A stretch of DNA of 63,819 nt, the filler included, from Pelomyxa schiedti (lineage: Eukaryota; Protista; Evosea): the NCBI GenBank assembly GCA_020536535.1. It is 9 parts of 9 records of this genome, joined end to end, with 100 filler letters (N's around TTAATTAATTAA, not from the genome) between each part and the next. Parts side by side here need not be neighbours in the genome. Positions count along the whole stretch, not along the records: positions 21,626 to 47,946 come from JAHLWZ010000119.1; 8 more parts are not named here. One strand, given 5' to 3'. The notes below the pieces were generated by a model, which saw only the letters and a program-made list of their open reading frames with translations, did not search any database and had not been told where the DNA came from. The position numbers and the translations under genes are program-made. Positions 23,911 to 33,878 of this stretch are shown here, piece by piece; the first letter of the stretch is position 1; each line of letters begins with the position of its first letter.

Positions 23911-26475
23911 GGCAATCCTTACGCCTCCTCTTTCTAGCATTGGCTTTCCTTTTTATGGCTCCTCCTTCCAGCAAAGAGCATCGATGTTCCTCCTATCGAG
24001 GGTTAGGTCATGTGTGATGCAGAGGGGGCTCCCTGCCAAATTTTCTGGCCTTGTCTCGTCTCATCCATTGAGTTTTCCCTTTTTGTGCTAGAACAATATT
24101 ATATGGGTGCGGAGGTGCCTCCATCATTGCTACACTCCGTAAGTATTATTAGATAGAGGGGACTCCAAACTGCCATCCTCCGTTAGGTTATGTTTGGTGG
24201 GTGCTCCACCCACCAGTGTATTAGAGATTGGGTCAATGGCTTTAAGGATATTAGAGAGTGCACAATGCACAAGATATCCCAGTGGGTTGCGAGCTGCAAC
24301 CCTGTAGTGGGCTACACGTTACCAATGTGGCGGTTGCTCCTGCTAGCAGAGGGGATTTTCACATACCCAGAAAGGTGCTCATTTTCCCTCCCTCATCCCG
24401 CCCGCAGATCGCTCCCACACCCAACGTCGTGTATTGCTGTTCGCCTCTCCTGTGCCACTCCCCTCGTTCGCGTGGTACATCGCCAGCACCTCCCCGTGAA
24501 GTTGTTCAACACCGCTTGCGCAACCTCGCCTCGTCGTGCCGTAGGCGGCGTGTAATCGCTGTCGCTGGCCTCGCTTCCCTGCTGTGGCGCTTGGTGTCGC
24601 CTTCCCTGGCGTGTGGTATGCGCTGGGAGACAAAACCTAACACCTCCACCATGTTAGAGATGTAGGTGTAACGTACTCTGCAGGACTGCGAACCGATGGG
24701 GCCTAATTAGGAATCCTTTAAGAATCTCTTCGTAGGACAGTACTGCAGATCCGCCTACCTTGGTGCTTATCGGACATGATGGTCTAAAAAACTGCCCCAC
24801 AGGCTTGTAGATCACTGGCATAGCCCCACAACTGCATGTTGACTGCCGGCATTGTGATTGATGAGCCAGTGTGTTGTGGCATATGAGTGGCTCTGGATCC
24901 ACAAACACAACCCCAAGAAAAAAAAAGTAAGGGCAAATAGGCACCCCAAACCATGTTTTTAGCTTTTAACTTCTTATATGCCAGAATACTTGTACATGGT
25001 AGACCTGTTTCAAGTTAGAAACGTGAATTTTTCTTGAGCTAACACACATCCGGGACTGACATTTTTGTGTTCTCATACCACACAAATTCAACCACACCCT
25101 GCCTCACTGTCTCAGCAAGTGCTTGTTGTATATCTCTAGTGATTTCTTCATCTGTGAGCCCATCCTTTGGACCCCATGTATACCACATCAAGAAGTGTCT
25201 TCATTTCAGTAAAAACTGGAACAGAAAAGGGATTTCATAATACTCAGTGCCATCAGGGACATGATACGGCCAGATGTTTCTGGTAAACACTTTTTTGTGT
25301 GGAAGGTTTTCAGTAGGAACGTGGAGTAGCGTCGTGTGTCTTGTTGCTCCATCTGGTCTATTTGATCATTTGTTCAGAATTTAGTAAATTATTTCTTGAA
25401 GGTACAAGGTTGCGCAAGTGGTTTAGGTTATTCAGTGCAGAAGAACCTCTCAACAGTAACCTCCACAGGAAGCATTCCAAACAGTGTTGCCAGAACATAA
25501 TCCCCCATTGACAAATACTGGGTCCGAATATTTGCCATGAACTCCTCCTTTCGATGTTGGTCCGCTGGAAGCAGCCTCACGTGCTCCCATCCTGGAAAAA
25601 ACACAAGTCAGGATGCAATTAGTATTGTAAAGACAAAACCAGGGATCCAGCCCATTGTCTTGTGAAGACTGTTCAACATCTGTTTGTTGTTCACTTGTTG
25701 TTCACGGTAAATGCGATAACACACCTCAGGGCGCTTGAACACCTTACCATTAATGACTGGTTGCTCCCTGTTGATCATTTTCAAATATGCGCGAAATTTC
25801 CCCAAAGACCTACCCTCAAGTTGGTTTGCAGGCTTGGTCTTCGAATTGGGAGAATCATCATCCATAAATGCCGTGCTTTCGCATTAATGACAACTTTTTC
25901 AGTTCATGTAAATACCAAGGCAACCATGCATGTTGAAAAAGAATGGCCGAGAACTGAGAAAACTGGCACCGAAATGTTGTGCTATGCTTCTCTGGTTGCA
26001 AGGAAGAACAATTTTTGAAAAAGCACCTGGACCAAGAAAAAACAAGACAAATAGAAAAGAAAAATGCGTCAGCGAAAGAGAAGACAAAAGAAGAGAAAAT
26101 TGAGTGGTGTCACACGAAACCGTACTAACGTACACGTATGCTTTTTTTGTGTTGTTGTTACAGAGTAATGGAACGCAAGGCATTGGTTTGAGGTACACCA
26201 CTTTTTTGGAAACAACGGAACGGGCGTTCGAGTTCACGTGTATGCATTACCCTACCCAGGGGGAAAGGTTTGCCCATTCCCCATGTTTCACCCAAGCCTT
26301 TTTTCACCACCAGTCAAAAAAAGTGCCAAAGGAAATCACCACTTACAAAGGAAGTGTCGCAGATCTGGGTCATTGACCCCAAAAGGCCATCACCCAGGCT
26401 GCTTCCTGTTTGGTGCTCCGACTATAAAAAGAAAAATCTCATAAGTGAGGGATTGTTATTGTTCACATTCAGATC

Positions 26476-29400
26476 TTATGTGAAAGATACGGTTACAGAG
26501 TCACCACTATTACACAGGGCAACTGCAGGGAATAAGGGTGCATCAGCAATGCCTGTAATAACTACGCCCAGGTCACGATCCTTGTTTGAGTTTTACGCAA
26601 GGTCTCCAAAGGTGAGGCTACACACATTCACTTTTAAGGCGGCAGTGTGAGCATTACTGTCAAAAGTGAGCAAGACTTCTTCATTGACACCACATCTTAC
26701 TCCACTGTCCCAGGTTGGTGATTGTTGTCCCTGTCCCCTAACACGGATAGTGGTGGTATTCACACCATTAAGACAAAAGCAACCACTAAAGGAGATGGAG
26801 ACACAGCCGGTTCCACAGTTGTAGGCACCTCCATAACCACAGGGGTACCCAGAAGTATTTTTCGTACTGTAACCGTTCCATAGGATACCTTCGATCTAAC
26901 TTAAGTTGAAGAGAAATATGATTCAAGGGGAATATTCTTACCAGACTGATTAAAGCCCACTCCAATCCTTTGCTCACCCGTCCTGTTAATGTGGAATTTT
27001 ATGCGAGCCACGCCACAATGTTGCAGATTGAGATTTGCTAGGCCCAGCCACCACTGTGAAGAATTTCCGGCGTTTGTCACAGTATGGTTGTTATCTGACA
27101 GTATCCAGCATGGGGGGCAGCTAGCAGCATTGAAGCCAACACTACTTTCATGAAGAACTAAAGATAATCAGGAAGGGAATTTGGTGTCAGAGAGGAGACC
27201 AGTATATTGCTGCCGTGAATTGGCCAGTTGTGCTGTCAAGTCTACCAGGTTTTGTTTTTATAAACAGACTGAGAAAGAAAACTACCTTGACACCTCCTCT
27301 CCGCAGCCGCTAGCCTTTCAAGGTTTTCTGAAGCGTTTTCAAAATTGTAAGAATCAAGTAATTCTTACGGTCATTTAGCAAATTGATTCTCTGCACCTGT
27401 TCAGACACAGCAGTCTTTTCTTGTTTCAGCCCTGCGAAGAGTGAAAAGAGACACTAGACTAAAATTTCTAACTTGAGAGTTCCTCTGTGGATTGGTTGAT
27501 ACATTGATTCAGTTCCCTCTGCAATTCTGTCTATGTTAGTGAATAGAAGTATTTTGTGTGTCTTACTGCATCCTTCCTCTTCCAAAATAGTGAATTGTTT
27601 ACGCAACTCTTGGGAGAGTTATTCGACCTCCAGGATTGCTCAAACATACCTCGCAGAGCATGGTTTGCCTCTGGCTCTCGCTTCAGAAGTGCCTTGGCTT
27701 TCAGGGCTAAAATCTTTTAATGGAATTTCCACATGGAGAGCTACATTTAAAGTCAATGGGAGCTAGATCATGGGGCACCACAGATTGAGTCTGTGCAAGA
27801 GCATCCTTGAACTTTGTTTGGAAGTAGAGAAACCTACACTTAACAATTGGTGACAGGTTACCGTGGCAGAACACACGTGTTGACAAATAAGAAGTCATCT
27901 TGGAAATGGTGAGGAGATTAATAGAACAATAGCAGACTTTACCTGTATGTATTGAAAGCAGTTTTTTACATAGTGATGCAGAATTAGCTGAGTCGCAAAT
28001 CAACTTGGAAAGATTTTCATATTCCTGTAGCAGCGTAGATGTTCTTTGGAATGCCAATGAGCTAATCTCTGTTGTTTCCTGAAATAGTCTTGGATTGGAA
28101 TTCGAATCACAGGGTACATTTTCTTCCTGTTCGTACAACTCCAAAATCGCTTTAATGTAATCTCCATGAGCATCAGTTAGTTCCTGTGCAGTTTCTGCTT
28201 GGTTTATTTGTATCTTCTGAATGATTTCTTTTCTCCTTTGATTTAACTCAGAAACTCTGACATCCAGTTTGCTGCTAAGTTGTCTGAGTTCTTCCTGTAT
28301 TGACATGTACATACGCACTTGCGTAAAAAGGTTCTTCACATACCTTTGTGCGACACACAGCTACAGGGAGCGGTTCTGTGATATGATTTACATGTTCACC
28401 ATGTTGCCTGCAAGTCAGGCATACAAGCTGCCCAGGCCGGCCTTCTGGGGAACAGGTAGTACATAGAAGATCGCGAAGTTGCCCGGAATGCTGAGGGTGA
28501 ATGCAATATCCCGAGGTCTCATGCCATGGAAGTATAAGAGAAAGGGAGGACTGAGTTGGAGGTTGGCCAAACAACTTGAACCCAGGGATTGCCTCAGTGT
28601 GCCCTGGCTGTATCTTAGGTAAAATTGGTTCATTTACAGCTGTATTTGTAGCTTGCACCTGTTGGTTGTCTTCGTACTCAATCATGCGGCCCTGTGGGAT
28701 GAAATATCCATATGACTCCACAAGTTTTGTGAGATTTGGATGTGAATAGAACTTCACTTCAAATGTGATTGGGCTAATTGGAACATCCAAAATAGGTGGG
28801 ACTTGAGAGATAAGTTTCTTGCAGAAATGAGGATAACAAAAAAAAAAAAAAAACATTAGCACCTCCAGGGAGGCACGTAGGAAGCTCTTCTTTTTTAACA
28901 ATTCAACAGAGGTTGCATGTTCAATGTAATTCTTACACTGTTCAACACCAGCAGCTGACTCATTCTTAAGAGTTATTGTCATGCATCTTTTCACATCCAG
29001 AGCCACTTTTTTTACTTAAAAAGGGAACAACTGTGAGCCTTCTTACATTTGTCTTTGAAGTATTGAGCAATCTGACTAAGTATATGGAGTTTTCTTTTTG
29101 CTATTTTTCCTTCTAGATCCTCAAAAAAAGTATTTATGCTTTTGGTGCATATTGTCACCTCCGCTTCCAATAAATTTTCTGTTGCACGAAAATTTTCAAG
29201 GGGGTTATCCAGTCCGGCAATGCCTACGCGGACATTAGTCTTGCATAGGAATTTTTGTTTGAATTACGTTGAGTCAACACTGACTGGAGGGAGATGAGTT
29301 CATCCTAGCAGAATGAAGATAAGTAAACTGGATTCTATTACCAAGACTAACTTTTGTTTTTTCTGCTGCCTTTTCTATTCCCCAAACTTTGTGACGTTCA

Positions 29401-29842
29401 TGATTTTCAGACTATTTTATGGAAATTGAGTGGTGGGAATGTAGCTGGTGATGAAAACCTTACACACTGAACATATAACAACTTCACAGAACATGCAAAA
29501 GAGGTTTGCTTTCTCTGAGTGTAGATCGCACTGTGGCACAAAAGATGAAGCTGTCACTGCGCGCACAGCAGCCACAAGTGTACTGTTGCATAGCACATCG
29601 CGAGGAACGAAGATTGTGACACAAGTAGGGCACCAGATGCAGTTCCCTGCATGATCTTTGGTTGGCGAGGAATCAGGCTGCGGTGTTCCCTCTTCTGTTG
29701 TTGCCTTGGTGGAGGAACTGGGAGGGGACTGGAGGCAACAAGCTCTGCATGCTGAATGACCGCAAGAGAAAGTAACAGGATCATCAAGCAGACGCTGGCA
29801 CACTGGACACGACAGGGCGCGGGAAATGTCACTGTCACCCAT
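26476..29842 (-). CDS. TRIM-like E3 ligase: RING, B-box, coiled coil, second B-box, coiled coil, SPRY-like domain; multi-exon
   Basis: CPVCQRLLDDPVTFSCGHSACRAC..WCPTC (RING); CDLHSEKANLFCMFCEVVICSVC (B-box); CIHPQH..LLCTTC..VCLTC..HGEH..H (B-box); LSDNNHTVTN..KFHI..IGVGF and DLGVVITGI..LFPAVAL..GDSVTVSFT* (SPRY-like). Confidence 0.8.
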
Positions 29843-30568
29843 ACCAACAAGATTTCTTTGTGTTTGCAGTATTTAGTCTTCGGTTGGATAAGTTGATTGT
29901 GCCACCAAGTTGTTGGTTTCAGTTGGCAACTGCGGACGTAATTCGCAATACACCAGGAGTGCCTGGGGCCAGAGAAAGAATATTATGCCCAACCTACTCA
30001 CATACCAGTCGGCCAGCTTCTCACCATCAAAACCCCCAAACGTGGGACTACAAAGTCGTGGGGCCGATCATATCAGTCCCGAGGGTGGATTTAACGTGCC
30101 CCATTTCCAGTCCTGATAAACTGCTATGCAACACCTGTGCTAGTTTTTCATTGACAGGGAAGTGCCCTGTTCTCTTGGAAGAAATGAAGCTGCCATGTGT
30201 GAAAGACAAAGGATTGTTCGATGTTGCACAAAAAATCATTTTGTGAGCCTGGGAAACATTATTTTGAAGTTGGCTAACTAGTGGTTGCACTGAATAGCCA
30301 TATATCAATTTCCACTCCCATGTTAGTCGATTCAATTTCATGTTTCATATTTCCGCAGTGTCAGTTGTGCCAGGTGTCATGGTGACAATGGCCATGACCA
30401 CTAGGCTGATCAGGAATCCCCACACAATCAAGTATGTATCTCAGACAAGTTCTACGTGAAATCAACTTAGTGTGGCGAGGTGACTTCGCGTCGCTGTAGT
30501 TCTACTTACGGTTCTAATCACTGCTTGATGGATTTCTGGGAAAACTACCGAAAAAGCGATCTATCCAA

Positions 30569-31138
30569 ATGTCAAGCAGGCAAACAAAGGTGGTTGCAGC
30601 GGCAAAAAGTCACATAGGAAGCTCGAACTGGTCCCCTACTTGTTGGAGATGGCCTATGGTGCCAACCGAACCAAAGTGCAATTTGTTTGTGGCTGAAATG
30701 TTACGTGCTGGTGGTGTTACTGTTCCGGACCCATACTCTGTGAGTATCGTCTTGTTTGTTCTTTGTATCTCTAATGTATTCAGGGTCCCACAACCAGGGA
30801 ATACTTTGGGAATGCTTGTCCACTGGGGCACCACTGCGACAATATCACAAGGCCACCAACTGCTGCTGATTGGGCAAACTCCAGCTTTGCACTTTTGGCA
30901 TCCTTTAAAGTACGTAAATACTTACATACTCAACACTCTGAGTCCTTTCTTTCCTTAGGTTGTGACTGGTGGACATTCAGCCTGCTGGCCTGGAGATATC
31001 ATCAGTGATGGTTCACACTGTGGCATCATCACAGGGGTCAGAAAAACTGTATCCGCAAGTTACCTAACATCCAAAATCGAGGAGAATGACTGGGGATGGC
31101 GGGGTGAACATGTTGTAATTCGTAGATATCACCCCTGA
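30569..31138 (+). CDS. NlpC/P60-CHAP-like (papain-fold amidase) protein, 158 aa, 3 exons
   Basis: Introns 30740-30783 and 30910-30958 give VVAAAKSHIGS..KCNLFVAEML..PPTAADWAN..PGDIISDGSHCGII..ENDWGWR; Cys in CNLFV and His in SHCG fit the catalytic pair. Confidence 0.7.
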
Positions 31139-31246
31139 TCAGCCACATAGAAGGCTCCGACAAAGAATCCTTTAATTATTAGACACAAGGTGGTTGTTGT
31201 GCCCATTTTGATTCAATGATTTCAGGGAAATCAACTCTTCCCAAAA

Positions 31247-31849
31247 ATGGGGCAGTACTACAAGGCGATCATCCTGTTCGCGCGCCGCGACGGCACCACC
31301 ACCAAGGAAGTCATCCGCCTCTGGCTCTCCCCTCACGACTATCACGAAGGCGCCAAGCTCATGGAGCACTCCTACCAGGGCCACAAGTTCGTCACGGCGT
31401 TCGAGTTCCTCCTGACACCCGAGGGCCCCGCCCACATGAGCCGGTGCGTGTGGGCCGGCGACTACGCAAACAAAGAGCTTGACCTTGCACGCAACCCAGA
31501 CAGCGACGACGACGAAGAAGAAGACGAAGACAAAGGGTGCAACCTGTTCTCCATGGCGGACGACGACACGCTGGCGCAGCCGCCGGTACGCAGCACCGCC
31601 GCGTACCGATACATCGTGAACCACAGCAAGAGGCAGTACGTGGACAAGAGCAGGTGCTTGAGCTTGAGCATCCACCCGCTCCCTCTGCTCCTGGCCGAGG
31701 GCAACGGCCGAGGGTGCGGCGACTTCGGAGGCAGCGACGAGGAGCTGGTGGGCGCGTGGGCTCGCGACGTCATCTCGGTGGAGAAGACCGTGCCTGCTGG
31801 CTTCACTGAGCTTGAGGTTGATTTTGCAGAGGGGGGAGAGGAGGACTGA
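31247..31849 (+). CDS. Intronless GC-rich 200-aa protein resembling uncharacterised giant-virus/phage proteins
   Basis: MGQYYK..GAKLMEHSY..FVTAFE..LTPEG..RCVWAGDYA..YIVNHSKRQYVDK..IHPLPLLLAEGNGRGCGDF..VGAWARDVISVE; family recognised from memory only. Confidence 0.7.
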   Translation: MGQYYKAIILFARRDGTTTKEVIRLWLSPHDYHEGAKLMEHSYQGHKFVTAFEFLLTPEGPAHMSRCVWAGDYANKELDLARNPDSDDDEEEDEDKGCNLFSMADDDTLAQPPVRSTAAYRYIVNHSKRQYVDKSRCLSLSIHPLPLLLAEGNGRGCGDFGGSDEELVGAWARDVISVEKTVPAGFTELEVDFAEGGEED

Positions 31850-31999
31850 GTGCTCCTGAACTTGAATTCACATTTAATTCATAATAATTTAATTAACTCC
31901 AGAACTAGCTTGGAGTTGAGTGCAATTGACGTTGTGACCAAACAACGAGACTGTGTCGTCGCAGTCTACCGTAACGGCGCAAACCACGACAACATAAAT

Positions 32000-32086
32000 G
32001 GCTGAATAAAAAAATCAACAGACCGGAACACTGTACTTTTCGTTATCATCGCTCAGGATCGGGTCTGGTGTTTTTTTTATTCAGCC
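32000..32086 (+). mobile_element. MITE family A, copy 1 (TIR GGCTGAATAAAA, 4-bp TSD AAAT)
   Basis: GGCTGAATAAAAAAA...TTTTTTTATTCAGCC flanked by AAAT at 31996-31999 and 32087-32090. Confidence 0.8.
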
Positions 32087-32091
32087 AAATA

Positions 32092-32249
32092 TTGGACGTT
32101 TCAGTCAAAAACCAGCCACACAAACAAAAAACGAGAACCATCATCAAAATCAAACGAAATGCACTGGGTGCGCCCAGTGTATAAACTTGTTTTTTGTTGG
32201 TTGTTTTTATTTTTCATTCATTATGCCGTTTTTTGACTGAAACGTCCAA
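32092..32249. mobile_element. MITE family B (20-bp perfect TIR TTGGACGTTTCAGTCAAAAA, TA flanks; Tc1/mariner-Stowaway-like)
   Basis: Perfect inverted repeat 32092-32111 / 32230-32249, TA on both sides, central hairpin CACTGGG-TGCG-CCCAGTG. Confidence 0.7.
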
Positions 32250-32290
32250 TAAACACTGAAATTACCTAAGGGGAACTGAAAACGAAACAT

Positions 32291-32362
32291 GGCTGAATAA
32301 AATAATCAACGGACCGGAACGCTGTAACTTCGTCGCTCAGGATCGGATTTTTTTTATTCAGC
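32291..32362 (+). mobile_element. MITE family A, copy 2 (internally shortened, right end decayed)
   Basis: Shares GGCTGAATAAAA-TCAAC.GACCGGAAC.CTGT..TCGCTCAGGATCGG..TTTTATTCAGC with copy 1. Confidence 0.75.
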
Positions 32363-32408
32363 TCGTTGTTCTTCCTAGAATTTCAAAATTCTCGGAATCC
32401 CGGTAGTG

Positions 32409-33878
32409 ATGGCGTCTGTTGGCAACAACAAGGTGGGGCGGCAGCACAAGCGGCGGCAGCCCGCGGCGGTGTCGGTGGCCGCGATGGTCAGCGCGGCCGA
32501 CCAGTTCGCGGCGCTGATGGCGTCGTCCCTGCCGCGGTGCGGGGCGCTCAGCCCGGCCCGCCCCGTGTGCTGCGCCGCGCCGCTGGCCCGCCACCTCTGG
32601 TGCGAGTGGGTGGCCGGCCCCCGCGTCGCGGCGGAGGTCACCCTGGTCGTCGCGAACAAGCACAACGGAGCGGTGTGGGGGGACGCCCCGGCGTGGCAGT
32701 CGGTCGCGTTCGGCGTCTCGCGCGCCACGCTGGGCGTCACGCGCGGCGGGCGCGTGGGCGCCTCGGGCGTCTTCGTCGGGTGGGCGGCGCCCGGCGTCTC
32801 GCTGCAGAGGAGCGTGCATCGCGCCGTTTCGCTGCACCTGCGGAGGGAAAAGAGCATGACCACGGTATCTGGTGGTGGGAGATATGGAGCTGACCATCAT
32901 AATCATGTTAATGATGATTATGTTGGTGGTGGTGGCGATGGTGGAGATGGGGGAGGAGGAGGAGGAGGAATGGGGAGTGGGGGTCAGGATGGGGGTGTGC
33001 TGGTTAGCAGGGACGAGGTTCTGTGCGACGCGGTGAATTCGAAGTGGTGGGTCACATGTGAGAGGGCCGTCGTAAGAGACGAAGGAAAAAGAGGAACTGC
33101 AAGCAGTAACAGCAACGGCGTCACACTGGCAATCACTGGAATTCACTGCTACACCGCTGCTACTGCTACTACTGGTGCTGCAGTGACTGTACCGTGCGTG
33201 GCTGGGATTGTCGTTCCGTGGGTGACCGCTGTGGCACCAAACAGTCGCCTGTTCCTGAACAACGTCTTTCCAGACGAGGCACTGTTGACTCTCAACCTTT
33301 CCACCCAGGAGATTTTCCTCACTCTGTTTGATGTCAATCAGACAGCAGAATCAAGGAGAATTTCAGTGCTGGCCCAGACCTCCATGGGAACAAGGGGAAG
33401 GAAGATTGGTGATTCTCCTTTGTCGGCTGCGCCATCTTTCCAAGGCGTGCCTGTTACAGCACTGGTTTTGCGGAGGGAGAAGACTGATGGCTCTATTGTC
33501 TTCGTCTTGAAGCCATCAGCAGGCGCAGTATTCCAGGTTGAGGCCGCAACAGGTGAGACAAAGGTGCTGTCAACGAGGTGCACAGACCTGTCACAGCTGA
33601 GTGAGACCATGTTCTGCATTGGGAGTACCTATGGCTGCGAGAAGTCCTACGAACTGTGGGACTGCCACAACGTGGAGCAACCAGTGAGGTGCTTCCAAAG
33701 CGGTGACAACTTCGACCAGGTCATTGGCGGCTGTGGATTCCTGTTTGCAGTGAGCGAGAGGGACAGGAAGATACACGTGATTGACGCGTCGTCAGGGCTG
33801 GCTGCCATGATCACCCTCGATGTGCTGTTTGCCTCCACGTTTTACATCATCCAGCAATCCTCCATCTTCATCTCATGA
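32409..33878 (+). CDS. Expanded family 1 member, intronless (~490 aa)
   Basis: ADQFAALMASSLPRCGALSPAR..W.EWV..FGVSRATLGV..NSKWWV..FDVNQT..ELWDCHN..FDQVIGGCGFLF. Confidence 0.85.
   Translation: MASVGNNKVGRQHKRRQPAAVSVAAMVSAADQFAALMASSLPRCGALSPARPVCCAAPLARHLWCEWVAGPRVAAEVTLVVANKHNGAVWGDAPAWQSVAFGVSRATLGVTRGGRVGASGVFVGWAAPGVSLQRSVHRAVSLHLRREKSMTTVSGGGRYGADHHNHVNDDYVGGGGDGGDGGGGGGGMGSGGQDGGVLVSRDEVLCDAVNSKWWVTCERAVVRDEGKRGTASSNSNGVTLAITGIHCYTAATATTGAAVTVPCVAGIVVPWVTAVAPNSRLFLNNVFPDEALLTLNLSTQEIFLTLFDVNQTAESRRISVLAQTSMGTRGRKIGDSPLSAAPSFQGVPVTALVLRREKTDGSIVFVLKPSAGAVFQVEAATGETKVLSTRCTDLSQLSETMFCIGSTYGCEKSYELWDCHNVEQPVRCFQSGDNFDQVIGGCGFLFAVSERDRKIHVIDASSGLAAMITLDVLFASTFYIIQQSSIFIS

Noticed and set aside
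29860-30420. Short ORFs between the TRIM start and the NlpC/P60 gene
   Set aside because: No consistent spliced frame or motif found; left unannotated.
31999-32362. Repeat-spacer-repeat look suggesting a CRISPR array
   Set aside because: The repeats are TIR elements with TSDs, spacing is irregular, there are no cas genes and the context is eukaryotic.
32358-33146. Long alternative-frame ORFs over GC-rich gene starts (also 36170-36901, 59055-59597, 11691-12248)
   Set aside because: Stop-poor shadows of GC-rich coding sequence; no motif support.
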